A DNA stretch of 43,869 nucleotides from an uncultured bacterium (GTDB lineage Bacteria > Patescibacteriota > Patescibacteriia > UBA1558 > GWA2-36-10). The number at the start of each line of letters is the position of its first letter. Positions within the stretch are counted from its first letter, which is position 1. Location: NCBI GenBank assembly GCA_937870675.1, contig CALMZN010000018.1, positions 1 to 43,869 on the forward strand, given 5' to 3'. The notes under the pieces are model-generated. The model saw only the letters and a list, made by a program, of their open reading frames with translations. It made no database searches and was not told the DNA's origin. Below are positions 1 to 9,522 of this stretch, one piece after another. Position numbers and translations under genes: made by a program.

Positions 1-1319
1 CCTCTTATTTTAATTTCCTTAACCAAATCATCAAGCTGATCTTTACTGGAACGAATTTCGATAGTCGGATCCAAAATAAAAGTCGGCCTTACTAATTGCT
101 CGGCAATACTTTGCGATTTATTTAATTCATACTCGGCTGGCGTAGCGGAAATATATATAGCTTGTTTATACTGCTGATTGAACTCTTCAAAATTCAAAGG
201 ACGATTGTCATAAGCTGCCTGCAGACGAAAGCCAAACTCAATCAAATTTTTCTTGCGGGCTCTGTCCCCCAAATACATACCGCCAATTTGGGGCAAGGTC
301 ATGTGCGATTCATCAACGATCAACAAAAAATCATCAGGAAAATAGTCCATCAAACTATTAGGGGAATCATTTTTTTGCCGGCCATCAAAATAACGGGAAT
401 AATTCTCAATGCCATTGCAAAAACCCGTTTCCAAAATCATTTCTAAATCATTGTTGACTCTGGTTTTTAATCTTTCGGCTTCCAAAATTTTACCCTGCTT
501 TTGAAATTCAACTAATTCCAAGTCCAAATCATATCTTATCTCCGCCACAATATCTTTTATGTTTTCTGGACTGACCATAAAATGCTTGGCCGGAAAAATA
601 AATACTTCTGGGGGTTTGTCTATTACTTGGTGTCCCAACAAACTGATTGTCTCAATGCTTTCTAAGACATCCGCAAAAAAAGTTAGCCGATAAAATTCTT
701 TTTCTTGGCCCGAAGCAAAAATATCAATAATTTCACCTTTGACCGTATAGTTAGAACGCGTCAAAACCAAATCATTGCGGTGATATTGTAAATTATTCAA
801 ATTCTTGAGCAACTTGAATCTATTGTAGCTCTCGCCTACTTTCAAATTTATCTTAAAATGCTGATACTCGGCTGGATTGCCTAAATTATAAATACAAGAA
901 ACCGAAGCCACAATCAAAACATCGCGCCTAGTCAACAAGCTCTGCGTACTGACATGACGCAAACGATCTATTTCTTCATTGATCTGGGTTTCTTTTTCAA
1001 TATAGGTATCGGATGATGGTATATATGCCTCCGGCTGATAATAATCATAGTAAGAAACAAAATAATGCACAGCATTGTCCGGAAAAAAATCCTGAAACTC
1101 CGAAGCCAACTGCGCGGCCAAGGTCTTGTTGTGAGAAATCACTAAAGTCGGCTTATTGATTTGCGCCACCACATTGGCAATAGTAAAGGTCTTGCCTGAG
1201 CCAGTGACCCCCAACAATGTTTGATCTTGGTAGCCGGCTTGCAAACCCTTAACCAGCTTTTTTATGGCTGGGGCTTGGTGGCCGGCTGGCTTGAATTGTG
1301 AAACCAATTTGAAGTCCAT
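1..1319 (-). CDS. uvrB: Excinuclease ABC subunit B (5' part; runs off the window start)
   Basis: Not in the ORF track; translated manually from ATG at 1319: MDFKLVSQFKPAGHQAPAI..TLLGVTGSGKTFT..HNKTLAAQL..FVSYYDYYQPEAY, the hallmark UvrB motifs. Confidence 0.97.
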   Translation of the reverse strand, partial: MDFKLVSQFKPAGHQAPAIKKLVKGLQAGYQDQTLLGVTGSGKTFTIANVVAQINKPTLVISHNKTLAAQLASEFQDFFPDNAVHYFVSYYDYYQPEAYIPSSDTYIEKETQINEEIDRLRHVSTQSLLTRRDVLIVASVSCIYNLGNPAEYQHFKINLKVGESYNRFKLLKNLNNLQYHRNDLVLTRSNYTVKGEIIDIFASGQEKEFYRLTFFADVLESIETISLLGHQVIDKPPEVFIFPAKHFMVSPENIKDIVAEIRYDLDLELVEFQKQGKILEAERLKTRVNNDLEMILETGFCNGIENYSRYFDGRQKNDSPNSLMDYFPDDFLLIVDESHMTLPQIGGMYLGDRARKKNLIEFGFRLQAAYDNRPLNFEEFNQQYKQAIYISATPAEYELNKSQSIAEQLVRPTFILDPTIEIRSSKDQLDDLVKEIKIR

Positions 1320-1365
1320 ATCTAAGATATAATAGTGTTTTTTTACTTTGGTGGCAAGTATCAAA

Positions 1366-1399
1366 ATCCAGCCCTGCACCGTACGGTGCAGGGCTGGAT
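1366..1399 (-). terminator. Perfect 34-bp palindrome, probable intrinsic terminator of pbp1A
   Basis: atccagccctgcaccgt|acggtgcagggctggat, 8 nt after the PBP stop, followed by T's on the minus strand. Confidence 0.75.
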
Positions 1400-1407
1400 G
1401 GATAATA

Positions 1408-4290
1408 TTATTGTATATTGACACTTATTTCCGGCGTAGTCATCAGACCATTACCCTGATCTTGCACTACCATATAGAGTCGGTAAGTGCCTGACGGCAA
1501 ACCCTTGCCCCAAAGCGTGCTTGGTGAATTGCTCGGATTCTCAACATAAGCAAACCACTGGGAATTATTGCTTTGATCTTTATAATAAAAATCTATTTTT
1601 TTTATATTTTGCGGTTTGTCCAAACTTAGACGCAAATTATATGGCAAACTATTACTGGAGATATTAGTATTATTTTGCGGATCAATCCATTGCAAATTAA
1701 ATTGTCTCAGTGAGGGGTCAAGCTGAATATTGATATTGATACTGACTTCTTTGTAGTCACCAATATCATCAGAGGCAATCGCCCGTAAGCGATGCGCGCC
1801 ATTGCTGACAAATGGATTGATATTATAGCTCAAACCAAATGGGGCTAGATTGCTTTCACCAACCTTATCATTGTCCAAAAAATATTCTACTTTTTTTACA
1901 CCAAGTGGAGCGCTGACCTGTACAGAAATATTGACACTAGCGGAATTGATGGTTTGATTTTCACTGGGCGACAGGATGCTGATACTCGGTTGATTTTCTG
2001 GCTTGTGAGTGTCGTCAAACTCTGTCGGCACGGGACCAGTGTTGTAGCCATTATCGGTAGCCCATTTTTTGATCGGCTCTTCCCAAGCAACATACTGCGG
2101 ATCATTGCTAGGATTATCAAGGGGCGGGCCCAGTGGATCATTGATATTTACATATTGCAAAATTTCATGCACTTCTAAGTATTTTTTTTCTTCAATTTGG
2201 TCATAGGGTGTATAAGCCGTGGCTAACTTGCCAGTGACTTTGTCAATTTTTACAATCTGCTCTTTGGCTAGCTGACCGCAAACCATGGTTTTATTGCAGG
2301 GCTCCAAGAATTCTTTTTCAAAACCCTTGACCGGCATCTTAGCAGTCACCTCGCGCATAAATTTATTCCAAATTGGCGCCGCAACGACAGAGCCATCAGC
2401 TCCCGGCTTCATGGCTCGATTGTCACTGTTGCCTACCCAGACGCCAACCGCAATATCAGGCGTAAAGCCCACTGTCCAAGCATCGTGGTAATCATTGGTT
2501 GTACCGGTTTTGGCGGCCACTGGTCTATCTGGCAAGGTTAAAAAATTTGCTTCACCAAAGATAAAAGCTCGAGCTGAATTATCCGACATAACATCAGATA
2601 AAATTCTAGTGTATTTTTTATCAACTACTCGACGTCCTTTGTTTTCTTTATTTTCTTTGACTATCTCACCCTTAGCATCCTCTATTTTTAATATGGGGCG
2701 ATAATCTTGAACCACTCCCTCGCGAGCAATAGCCGCGTAAGCATTGACATGCTCCAATAATTTTACCTCTGCTCCTCCCAAGACCAGTGACAAGCCATAG
2801 CGATCTGGATTGGTCAGTGTAGTATAGCCCAGCTGAGTAGCCAAATCAGTGACACTCTTTACTCCAGCCAAATACAATACTTTGACAGCTGGAATATTAA
2901 GTGAGCCGGCCAAGGCCTGCCTGATAGAAACTGGCCCTCTTTCTTTGCCATCATAGTCCAACGGCTTGTAGGGTGTGCCATCGGCTTTGATGCCAAACTT
3001 GGTAGCCAAGTCAAAAAGAATGGTGTCTGGCCTATAGCCCTTTATAAAAGCTGTTAAATAAACAATGGGCTTAATAGAGCTACCGGGCTGTCTATCAGCT
3101 ACGGCCACATTGACCTGTCCATCAATCTCATCATCAAAAAAGTCCTTGGAGCCCACCATGGCTTTGATATCGCCACTAGCCACATCAATAGCCACCAGAG
3201 CGGCATTATCAGCGTCGTATTTTTCTTTGTTCTTTGGCGCCACCTCAGCCACAGCTCGTTCGGCCGCTTGTTGCATTTCCCAATCTAAAGAAGTAGTTAT
3301 TTTCCAACCGCTTTGCTCAACCATAGTAGTACCGTATTCTTCCTCTAGCTGTTGCTTGACATAGGTGACAAAATGCGGAGCGCGCATATTCTCCGCTCTT
3401 TTTTTGAATTTTAATTCTTGCTGTTTGGCTTCGTCGGCTTTTTCTTGGCTGATATATCCTTGATCAACCATCAAATTCAAAACCGTGTGCTGACGAGTAA
3501 TCAATTTGTTTTTATTATTACCAAATGGCGACAAATATGTTGGTGACTGCGGTAAGGCGGCCAAAACTGCGGCCTCACCCAAAGTCAAATCTTTGGCTGG
3601 CTTATCAAAATAATAATGAGCCGCGGATTCAATACCATAAGCTGATCCGCCATAGGGAATTTCGTTCAAATACAATTGCAAGATTTCGTCTTTGGTAAAT
3701 TTTTTTTCAATGCGATAAGACAAAACCCATTCTTTTATTTTTCTGGATACGCGACGCTCATTAGTCAAAATAGCGTTTTTTACAAATTGCTGAGTGAGGG
3801 TCGAGCCACCCTGCGCTCTTTGGCCACTGAGGCGGGGCACAATCTGCCCACGGATGATCCCTTTGATAGAAATACCGCCGTGGTTATAAAAATCTTTATC
3901 TTCAATGGCAATGGTGGCTTGTTTGACATAATCAGGCAACTCGCTAATAGTGACCAAAGTTCTTTGCTCTGGCCCATGCACTTCATAAAGCAATGTTTCA
4001 CCTTTGTTATCATAAATCTTGGTGCTAAGTGGCGAACTTCGGTCAATAAGTTTATTGACATCTGGCAAGTCCTTGGAATACCAAGCCACCAGAGCAATAA
4101 AAGCAATGCCCAACAATAAAATTAAGGCGACAATATATAACCAGTATTTTTTAAACAACTTTTTGAAAAATCCCTTTTTAGGGGTCTTGGGTTGTCTATG
4201 ACCAGAGCCGATTGTTGTCTTAGAAAAAAAGCTTGGCTTTTGGTCTATTTTTTTATGTTGAAAAGTTGGTTCTAATTGGGGGATGGGCAT
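1408..4290 (-). CDS. Class A penicillin-binding protein (PBP1A family) with C-terminal Ig-like domains
   Basis: N-terminal TM; transglycosylase motifs EDKDFYNH and GGSTLTQQFVKN; transpeptidase QPGSSIKP, SLN and KTGT; beta-rich C-terminal repeats (VKKVEYFLD..GAHRLRAIASD). Confidence 0.93.
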   Translation of the reverse strand: MPIPQLEPTFQHKKIDQKPSFFSKTTIGSGHRQPKTPKKGFFKKLFKKYWLYIVALILLLGIAFIALVAWYSKDLPDVNKLIDRSSPLSTKIYDNKGETLLYEVHGPEQRTLVTISELPDYVKQATIAIEDKDFYNHGGISIKGIIRGQIVPRLSGQRAQGGSTLTQQFVKNAILTNERRVSRKIKEWVLSYRIEKKFTKDEILQLYLNEIPYGGSAYGIESAAHYYFDKPAKDLTLGEAAVLAALPQSPTYLSPFGNNKNKLITRQHTVLNLMVDQGYISQEKADEAKQQELKFKKRAENMRAPHFVTYVKQQLEEEYGTTMVEQSGWKITTSLDWEMQQAAERAVAEVAPKNKEKYDADNAALVAIDVASGDIKAMVGSKDFFDDEIDGQVNVAVADRQPGSSIKPIVYLTAFIKGYRPDTILFDLATKFGIKADGTPYKPLDYDGKERGPVSIRQALAGSLNIPAVKVLYLAGVKSVTDLATQLGYTTLTNPDRYGLSLVLGGAEVKLLEHVNAYAAIAREGVVQDYRPILKIEDAKGEIVKENKENKGRRVVDKKYTRILSDVMSDNSARAFIFGEANFLTLPDRPVAAKTGTTNDYHDAWTVGFTPDIAVGVWVGNSDNRAMKPGADGSVVAAPIWNKFMREVTAKMPVKGFEKEFLEPCNKTMVCGQLAKEQIVKIDKVTGKLATAYTPYDQIEEKKYLEVHEILQYVNINDPLGPPLDNPSNDPQYVAWEEPIKKWATDNGYNTGPVPTEFDDTHKPENQPSISILSPSENQTINSASVNISVQVSAPLGVKKVEYFLDNDKVGESNLAPFGLSYNINPFVSNGAHRLRAIASDDIGDYKEVSININIQLDPSLRQFNLQWIDPQNNTNISSNSLPYNLRLSLDKPQNIKKIDFYYKDQSNNSQWFAYVENPSNSPSTLWGKGLPSGTYRLYMVVQDQGNGLMTTPEISVNIQ

Positions 4291-4309
4291 ATTTGTAATT
4301 AGTATTTGA

Positions 4310-4333
4310 ATTATAGCAAAAATAAGCTATAAT
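4310..4333. promoter_or_regulatory. Back-to-back -10 boxes for divergent pbp1A and tyrS
   Basis: TGCTATAAT on the minus strand (4310-4318) and GCTATAAT on the plus strand (4326-4333). Confidence 0.55.
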
Positions 4334-4365
4334 TTGAATATACTTAATTAAGAAAAATCGAAACT

Positions 4366-5574
4366 ATGGCTAAAATTAGCACGGATCAAGCAAAAATTCA
4401 AGAACTATTGGAAAGGGGTGTAGAAAATGTCTACCCCAGTAAGGAATACTTAAAAAAACAACTACTGTCTGGCAAACAGTTGACATTGTATTTGGGTATT
4501 GATCCTACTGGTCCGACACTGCATTTGGGCCATGCTATCACCATAGAGAAGCTTAGACAATTCCAAGAATTGGGCCATAAAATAATATTATTGATTGGTG
4601 ATTTTACTGGCATGGTTGGCGATCCGACAGACAAAACAGCCACCCGCCAAGCATTGACCAGAGAGCAGGTTTTGAAAAATGCCAAGAGCTATAAAAATCA
4701 AGCTAACAAGCTAATCAATTTTTCGGGTAATAATAAAGCGGAAATAAAATTCAACAGCCAGTGGCAAAGCAAAATGAATTTCAATCAAGTCATGGATTTG
4801 GCCAAACACTTCACTGTCCAGCGCTTACTAGAGCGGGATATGTTCCAAGAACGCATCAAGTCAGCCAAAGCGATTTACTTACACGAATTCATGTACCCGA
4901 TCTTGCAGGCCTATGACTGCGTGGCTATGGATGTTGACGGTGAAATCGGTGGCAATGACCAGACCTTCAATATGCTGGCTGGCCGTGATTTGATGAAAGA
5001 ATTGAAGCACAAAGAAAAGTTTGTCATCACCATGCGCTTGTTGACTGACACCAGTGGCAAAAAAATGGGCAAATCCGAGGGTAATATGGCTGCCTTATCA
5101 GACACAGCTCAAGACATGTTTGGCAAAATTATGTCTTGGACTGACGGCATGATTATTTCCGGCTTTGAACTTTGCACCAGAGTGTCGTTGACTGAAATAA
5201 AACAACTTGATAAAGATTTGAAGGCCGGCAAAAATCCCCGCGATATAAAATTCCGGTTAGCTGGTGAAATTGTAAAAATTTATTTTAGTGAAAATGCGGC
5301 CACCAAAGCTGGCCAAGAGTTCACCAATATTTTTGCTAAAAAAGCCAATCCTGATGAGATACAAGAATTTGCTATTGGCAAAAATAAAATAAGTCCTATT
5401 GATTTGCTATTACAAATGAAATTAGTCAATTCCAAGGGCGAAGCCAGACGCCTGATAGACGGTGGTGGTATGAAACTCAATCATGAAAAAGTATCAGTTT
5501 GGGATAAAGATATTGCTATAAAATCCGGCGATGTTGTTCAGGCCGGCAAAAGGAAGTTTGGAAAGATTAAATAA
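4366..5574 (+). CDS. tyrS: Tyrosine--tRNA ligase
   Basis: GIDPTGPTLHLGH (HIGH), GGNDQTFN, KMGKS (KMSKS) and a C-terminal S4 domain. Confidence 0.97.
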   Translation: MAKISTDQAKIQELLERGVENVYPSKEYLKKQLLSGKQLTLYLGIDPTGPTLHLGHAITIEKLRQFQELGHKIILLIGDFTGMVGDPTDKTATRQALTREQVLKNAKSYKNQANKLINFSGNNKAEIKFNSQWQSKMNFNQVMDLAKHFTVQRLLERDMFQERIKSAKAIYLHEFMYPILQAYDCVAMDVDGEIGGNDQTFNMLAGRDLMKELKHKEKFVITMRLLTDTSGKKMGKSEGNMAALSDTAQDMFGKIMSWTDGMIISGFELCTRVSLTEIKQLDKDLKAGKNPRDIKFRLAGEIVKIYFSENAATKAGQEFTNIFAKKANPDEIQEFAIGKNKISPIDLLLQMKLVNSKGEARRLIDGGGMKLNHEKVSVWDKDIAIKSGDVVQAGKRKFGKIK

Positions 5575-5595
5575 ATATTTACCCAATATTAGTCA

Positions 5596-5629
5596 AAAAA
5601 AGTAGAGAGCTATTAACTTTCTACTTTTT
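5596..5629. terminator. Bidirectional intrinsic terminator between convergent tyrS and the galT-like gene
   Basis: aaaaagtagagag-ctattaa-ctttctacttttt hairpin with A and T tracts on both sides. Confidence 0.7.
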
Positions 5630-5638
5630 ACTTTCAAC

Positions 5639-6571
5639 TTATTTCAAGCCCAATCTATAAAACCTAGCCGCCTCCTCTGGGGCAATAGGATTGATTATCA
5701 ATCCTGAGCCAATCTCTACTCCAGCCCAGACCGAGCCACGAGGCACTATCTTCATGTACAAATGCTGATCTTCGTCGTGAATCACTTGATGAAAATAATA
5801 ATTGTAAGGCAGATTGAGCAAACTTATTTTCTTCAAACTGTGTTTCAAAATCTTAGCCCAAGACAATTTTTCTGCTGCAGTAAGCAGGGTAATATTATCA
5901 ATATGCCTTTTGGGCATAATCCATATCTCGTAGTTAAACATTGAAGCATAAGGCGTGAAGGCAATAATATTTTTGTCCTGCCAGACAAAACGCGGGCCCT
6001 TTTTTTCTTTTTTTATCACATCACAATAAACACAAGTGCCTTTTTGTAGTTTGTAGGCCTGTTGGCGTTGAGATTTGTCAGCCAAATGCGGTGGCAAAAA
6101 ATTAGTGGCAAAAATTTGCGAATGCGAATGTTGTAGAGAGGCGCCGGCTGTGCCACCATTATTTTTGAATATCAAAATATATTCTATTTTTTTATTTTTA
6201 GTAATGGCTTTTGTTCTTTCAGCATAAGTTGTCAGCAACTCGGCCAAATGCTCCACCGGCAAATCCTCCAGCTCCCTAAGATGGTCTGGTGTTTCTATGA
6301 CCACTTCCTGCTGACCATAGGCCCGAGGGTTGTTGAGGGTCACCACTGGATATTTGTTGGCCTTGGTGGCGATGCGCCAATTTTTGGCTGGTCCAAGACG
6401 ATAAAGAAACTTGTCGCCTTTCAAATGACCAGAACAAAACTGACAGGCCTCATCAAATTGCTTAGTGGTCTGATCGACTGGCACTCTGACATCATTTGGC
6501 CGTTTTATCCGTCGCGGAGCAATGATGACATATTTTTCTTGAATATAATCTTTTCTAAATTCTGACTTCAT
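5639..6571 (-). CDS. galT: GalT-family (HIT superfamily) hexose-1-phosphate nucleotidyltransferase
   Basis: EFRKDYI..IIAPRRIKRP, CQFC, QEVVIETPDH, FKNNGGTAGASLQHSHSQ (HxH), CVYC. Confidence 0.85.
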   Translation of the reverse strand: MKSEFRKDYIQEKYVIIAPRRIKRPNDVRVPVDQTTKQFDEACQFCSGHLKGDKFLYRLGPAKNWRIATKANKYPVVTLNNPRAYGQQEVVIETPDHLRELEDLPVEHLAELLTTYAERTKAITKNKKIEYILIFKNNGGTAGASLQHSHSQIFATNFLPPHLADKSQRQQAYKLQKGTCVYCDVIKKEKKGPRFVWQDKNIIAFTPYASMFNYEIWIMPKRHIDNITLLTAAEKLSWAKILKHSLKKISLLNLPYNYYFHQVIHDEDQHLYMKIVPRGSVWAGVEIGSGLIINPIAPEEAARFYRLGLK

Positions 6572-6573
6572 AT

Positions 6574-6831
6574 TTACCCCCTGAAATAAGATTTGAGCCG
6601 CTTCTTTAAAAACATCTTGCCATAATGGGTTTTCAAATACCCCTCTCTTTTGGTAGCATCTTTACGTTCGGTACAAATTTCACAATAAATTAGTTTTAAT
6701 GGCCTACGATTTTTAGTAGATGTTACCAATCCTTTTTTATGTTGCTCAAATCTTAATTTTAAATTATTAGTAAAACCTATATATAATTTATTATCCTTAT
6801 CGCTTTTTAAAACATACGTATAGTATAGCAT
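6574..6831 (-). CDS. Small GIY-YIG nuclease
   Basis: YYTYVLKS..LYIGFT..RFEQH..T.NRRP.LIY.E..A..RE.YLK pattern; its last codons and stop lie inside an inverted-repeat arm. Confidence 0.9.
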   Translation of the reverse strand: MLYYTYVLKSDKDNKLYIGFTNNLKLRFEQHKKGLVTSTKNRRPLKLIYCEICTERKDATKREGYLKTHYGKMFLKKRLKSYFRG

Positions 6832-6862
6832 AAAAAATAAATTTAAAATTATTTCAGGGGGT
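6576..6862. mobile_element. IR-bounded cassette 1 (287 bp) carrying the GIY-YIG gene
   Basis: Perfect 14-bp inverted repeats accccctgaaataa (6576-6589) / ttatttcagggggt (6849-6862); fills the glgA-galT intergenic gap. Confidence 0.7.
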
Positions 6863-6865
6863 GAA

Positions 6866-8338
6866 TTATTTTAATAATTTTTTATAAAGTTTTTGATAAG
6901 CAAGAGCTGATTTTTTCCAAGAAAAATCTAACTGCATATCGTATTTTACCATGTTATTAAACATCCGAGGAGCATTATATAATCTTAGGGCTTTTTTTAT
7001 CATTCTTTCCAATTCACTTTGACTATATTTTTTAAAAACCAAACCACTCTGACTACTGACTGTGTCTTTGAGACCGCCAGTTGCTCTGACAATGGGTATA
7101 GAGCCATAGCGCATGGCAATCATCTGCCCCAAGCCACAGGGCTCAAAAAATGAAGGCATCAAGAAAAAATCCGAGGCCGCGTAAATTTTTTGCGCCAAGC
7201 GAGCATCAAAACCAATTTTGACAGCTACTGTTTTGGGGTATTTGCTTTGCAAATTTTTTAGCGCTTTTTCATATTCTACTTGACCAGAACCCAAAACCAC
7301 TAATTGAAACTTCTCTTTTTTTAAAAACTGTTCAATGGCCGGCAACAAAATATCCAAACCCTTTTGTTTGAATAAGCGCGTCACCAAACCAAACAATGGT
7401 ATGCGCTGATCGACACTCAAGCCAAAAGTTTTCTGTAATTTTTGCTTATTTACTTTCTTGCCAATCCCAAAATTTTTGTAATTATATTTTTGATAAATTA
7501 ATTTGTCTTTATTGGGATCAAAAAAATCTACATCAATGCCATTGACTATGCCACTAAGATTTTTCTGACGCCTTAGCAAATACTTTTCTAAATGCTCGCC
7601 ATATTGCTTGGTCAATATTTCCTTGGCATAGCTAGGGCTGACTGTATTTATGTGGTCAGCCGATAAAATACCAATTTTCATCAAATCCAAAATTTGACCA
7701 TCCTGATCATAATAATCTTCCATCACTGCTGGAGTAAGATCATGATGCAGGCCAGCATAATCCAATATGTCCAAATGACTGAGTCCTTGGTTGGCTAAAT
7801 TGTGTATGGTTAGCAGTGTCTTGGTGTTGGGAAAACTACTATATTTCACTGCATATTCATCAATAAAAGTCGGGACTAGTGCTGTGTGCCAATCATGGCA
7901 ATGAACTATATCTATTTGCCAATCCAGCGCTTTCATAAGCTCAACCACGGCTTTAGAGAAAAAAGTATAACGCTCGACATCACTTATTAATCTTTTATTT
8001 AAACTAATTTTTTTAGCGCCAAAGTAAATCTCCGGATAATCAAAAAATTTATGTTTGACTAAATACACTGGCACTTTACTGTTCGGCAAGGTGGTTTGAT
8101 AAAGATCAAAACGCTGTTGCTGACCATCCAAGCTAATCGGTAAATCTTTCTTTACTAACTTAGTTTTGTATTTTCCCTTGATGACAGCGTAATACGGTAA
8201 AATCAAGTGAACATCAAGGCCAATTTTAACCAAAGCTTTTGGTAGAGAACCAACCACATCCGCCAAACCACCCACCTTAGCCAAAGGGCTGGCTTCGGCA
8301 GCGCAGAATAGAATTTTTGTTTTATTTTTATTTGACAT
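6866..8338 (-). CDS. glgA: Glycogen synthase (GT5), copy 2
   Basis: AKVGGLADV, HCHDWH, TIHNLANQG, NGID, PSFFEPCGLGQMIAMRYG, TGGLKDTV. Confidence 0.93.
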   Translation of the reverse strand: MSNKNKTKILFCAAEASPLAKVGGLADVVGSLPKALVKIGLDVHLILPYYAVIKGKYKTKLVKKDLPISLDGQQQRFDLYQTTLPNSKVPVYLVKHKFFDYPEIYFGAKKISLNKRLISDVERYTFFSKAVVELMKALDWQIDIVHCHDWHTALVPTFIDEYAVKYSSFPNTKTLLTIHNLANQGLSHLDILDYAGLHHDLTPAVMEDYYDQDGQILDLMKIGILSADHINTVSPSYAKEILTKQYGEHLEKYLLRRQKNLSGIVNGIDVDFFDPNKDKLIYQKYNYKNFGIGKKVNKQKLQKTFGLSVDQRIPLFGLVTRLFKQKGLDILLPAIEQFLKKEKFQLVVLGSGQVEYEKALKNLQSKYPKTVAVKIGFDARLAQKIYAASDFFLMPSFFEPCGLGQMIAMRYGSIPIVRATGGLKDTVSSQSGLVFKKYSQSELERMIKKALRLYNAPRMFNNMVKYDMQLDFSWKKSALAYQKLYKKLLK

Positions 8339-8349
8339 GGATGAAAAAA

Positions 8350-9411
8350 TTAATACAAGTTTATTTTTCTTTGGCTACTTTCAGCCAAGCTCAAATAGCG
8401 ATCTATTTCTTCGATCAATTCACCTAGGGGGTGAATGGCTGACTTGGCATAAAAAAGCAACAAAGTGGTGCGCAAAACTACCCAGGCCTGATATAAATTT
8501 ATTCTATTCAAATCATTGATATCAATATCTTCAAATTTTTTATTAAAATAATATTCCAAAAAAATAGTTTTATACTTATTTATATTAGCCCTACTCAAAC
8601 ACTCAAAGCCCATAAAATCTATCTGCTGAATAAACGACCCCAAGTCCACCATAGGATCACCCAATGACAAATCAGTAAAATCAATAACTTTTATTTTATC
8701 TGGCTCCAACTTTTTTACAATAATATTTTCTGGGTGATAATCACCGTGTATAATAGATACCGGAAAAGTGTTGAAATTTTTTTTCTTCAAATCAGCCAAG
8801 CGATGAAAAGTACTATCCAAACGCTGACCTAATTCCGGATAAACTTTGCTCATGTCATCCAAAAACTTCTGTGGCTTGGGTGACATTTCGCTAAAATCAA
8901 AAAAAACAAACTTACTGTCTTGATCAACTGGGCAATCGTGCATTTTTTTTATCCACCTAGCCGCCAGATTCAAGATCGCTGAAAAATCTTGATCGGGCTT
9001 TTCTTGCATAACTTTGCGAAAAGTGCGACCCAGCACTGCTTCATAAAAAAAAGCAAACTGCCCATCAAGATAAAATAAGGGTCGGCCAACCAAAAAATTG
9101 CCTTGATCAAAACCATGATCATATAAATAACTTTGGCCATAAAAAGATCTTGTTCTAGAGCCATCCGAGTGCGCCGAAGAAAACAAGTTAATTTTTTTTA
9201 TTTTTTCATCTATTGTTAAATAATTTAACACATATTCCACCACCATTATCATGCTGGTTTTGCCAACGTGACGCTTGTAGGGATGAAAAATAAGGCCATC
9301 TACTTGCTTAAAATCTGGATAAAATTTATTGAGCCGTTGATTAAACAAGGCCATAATAAAATCCTGGTCCAGCAATTTGTCCATGTTCTGCTTAATGCTT
9401 GTGATCTTCAT
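8350..9411 (-). CDS. APH/choline-kinase-like phosphotransferase
   Basis: Brenner-type IIHGDYHPENII and VIDF motifs, DP.VDLG; lies within the glycogen cluster. Confidence 0.8.
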   Translation of the reverse strand: MKITSIKQNMDKLLDQDFIMALFNQRLNKFYPDFKQVDGLIFHPYKRHVGKTSMIMVVEYVLNYLTIDEKIKKINLFSSAHSDGSRTRSFYGQSYLYDHGFDQGNFLVGRPLFYLDGQFAFFYEAVLGRTFRKVMQEKPDQDFSAILNLAARWIKKMHDCPVDQDSKFVFFDFSEMSPKPQKFLDDMSKVYPELGQRLDSTFHRLADLKKKNFNTFPVSIIHGDYHPENIIVKKLEPDKIKVIDFTDLSLGDPMVDLGSFIQQIDFMGFECLSRANINKYKTIFLEYYFNKKFEDIDINDLNRINLYQAWVVLRTTLLLFYAKSAIHPLGELIEEIDRYLSLAESSQRKINLY

Positions 9412-9517
9412 CCCGTTGCAAATTATTTAATAAAATGTTTAAAAAAATAAAGGTGAAACAATTATTTATAATTCCTACTTTTGCCCGTTACATTGTGTGG
9501 TAAATTTGCAACGGGAT
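9410..9517. mobile_element. IR-bounded cassette 2 (108 bp, non-coding)
   Basis: Perfect 15-bp IR atcccgttgcaaatt (9410-9424) / aatttgcaacgggat (9503-9517); the left arm overlaps the phosphotransferase ATG. Confidence 0.65.
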
Positions 9518-9522
9518 AAATA

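Noticed and set aside
162..446. 94-aa plus-strand ORF and the many other short ORFs overlapping large genes
   Set aside because: Antisense or alternative-frame shadows of well-supported genes (uvrB, pbp, rpoBC and others) with no recognisable motifs.
8339..8349. ggatgaaaaaa in the glgA-phosphotransferase spacer as a motif remnant
   Set aside because: The match is too short to distinguish from chance.
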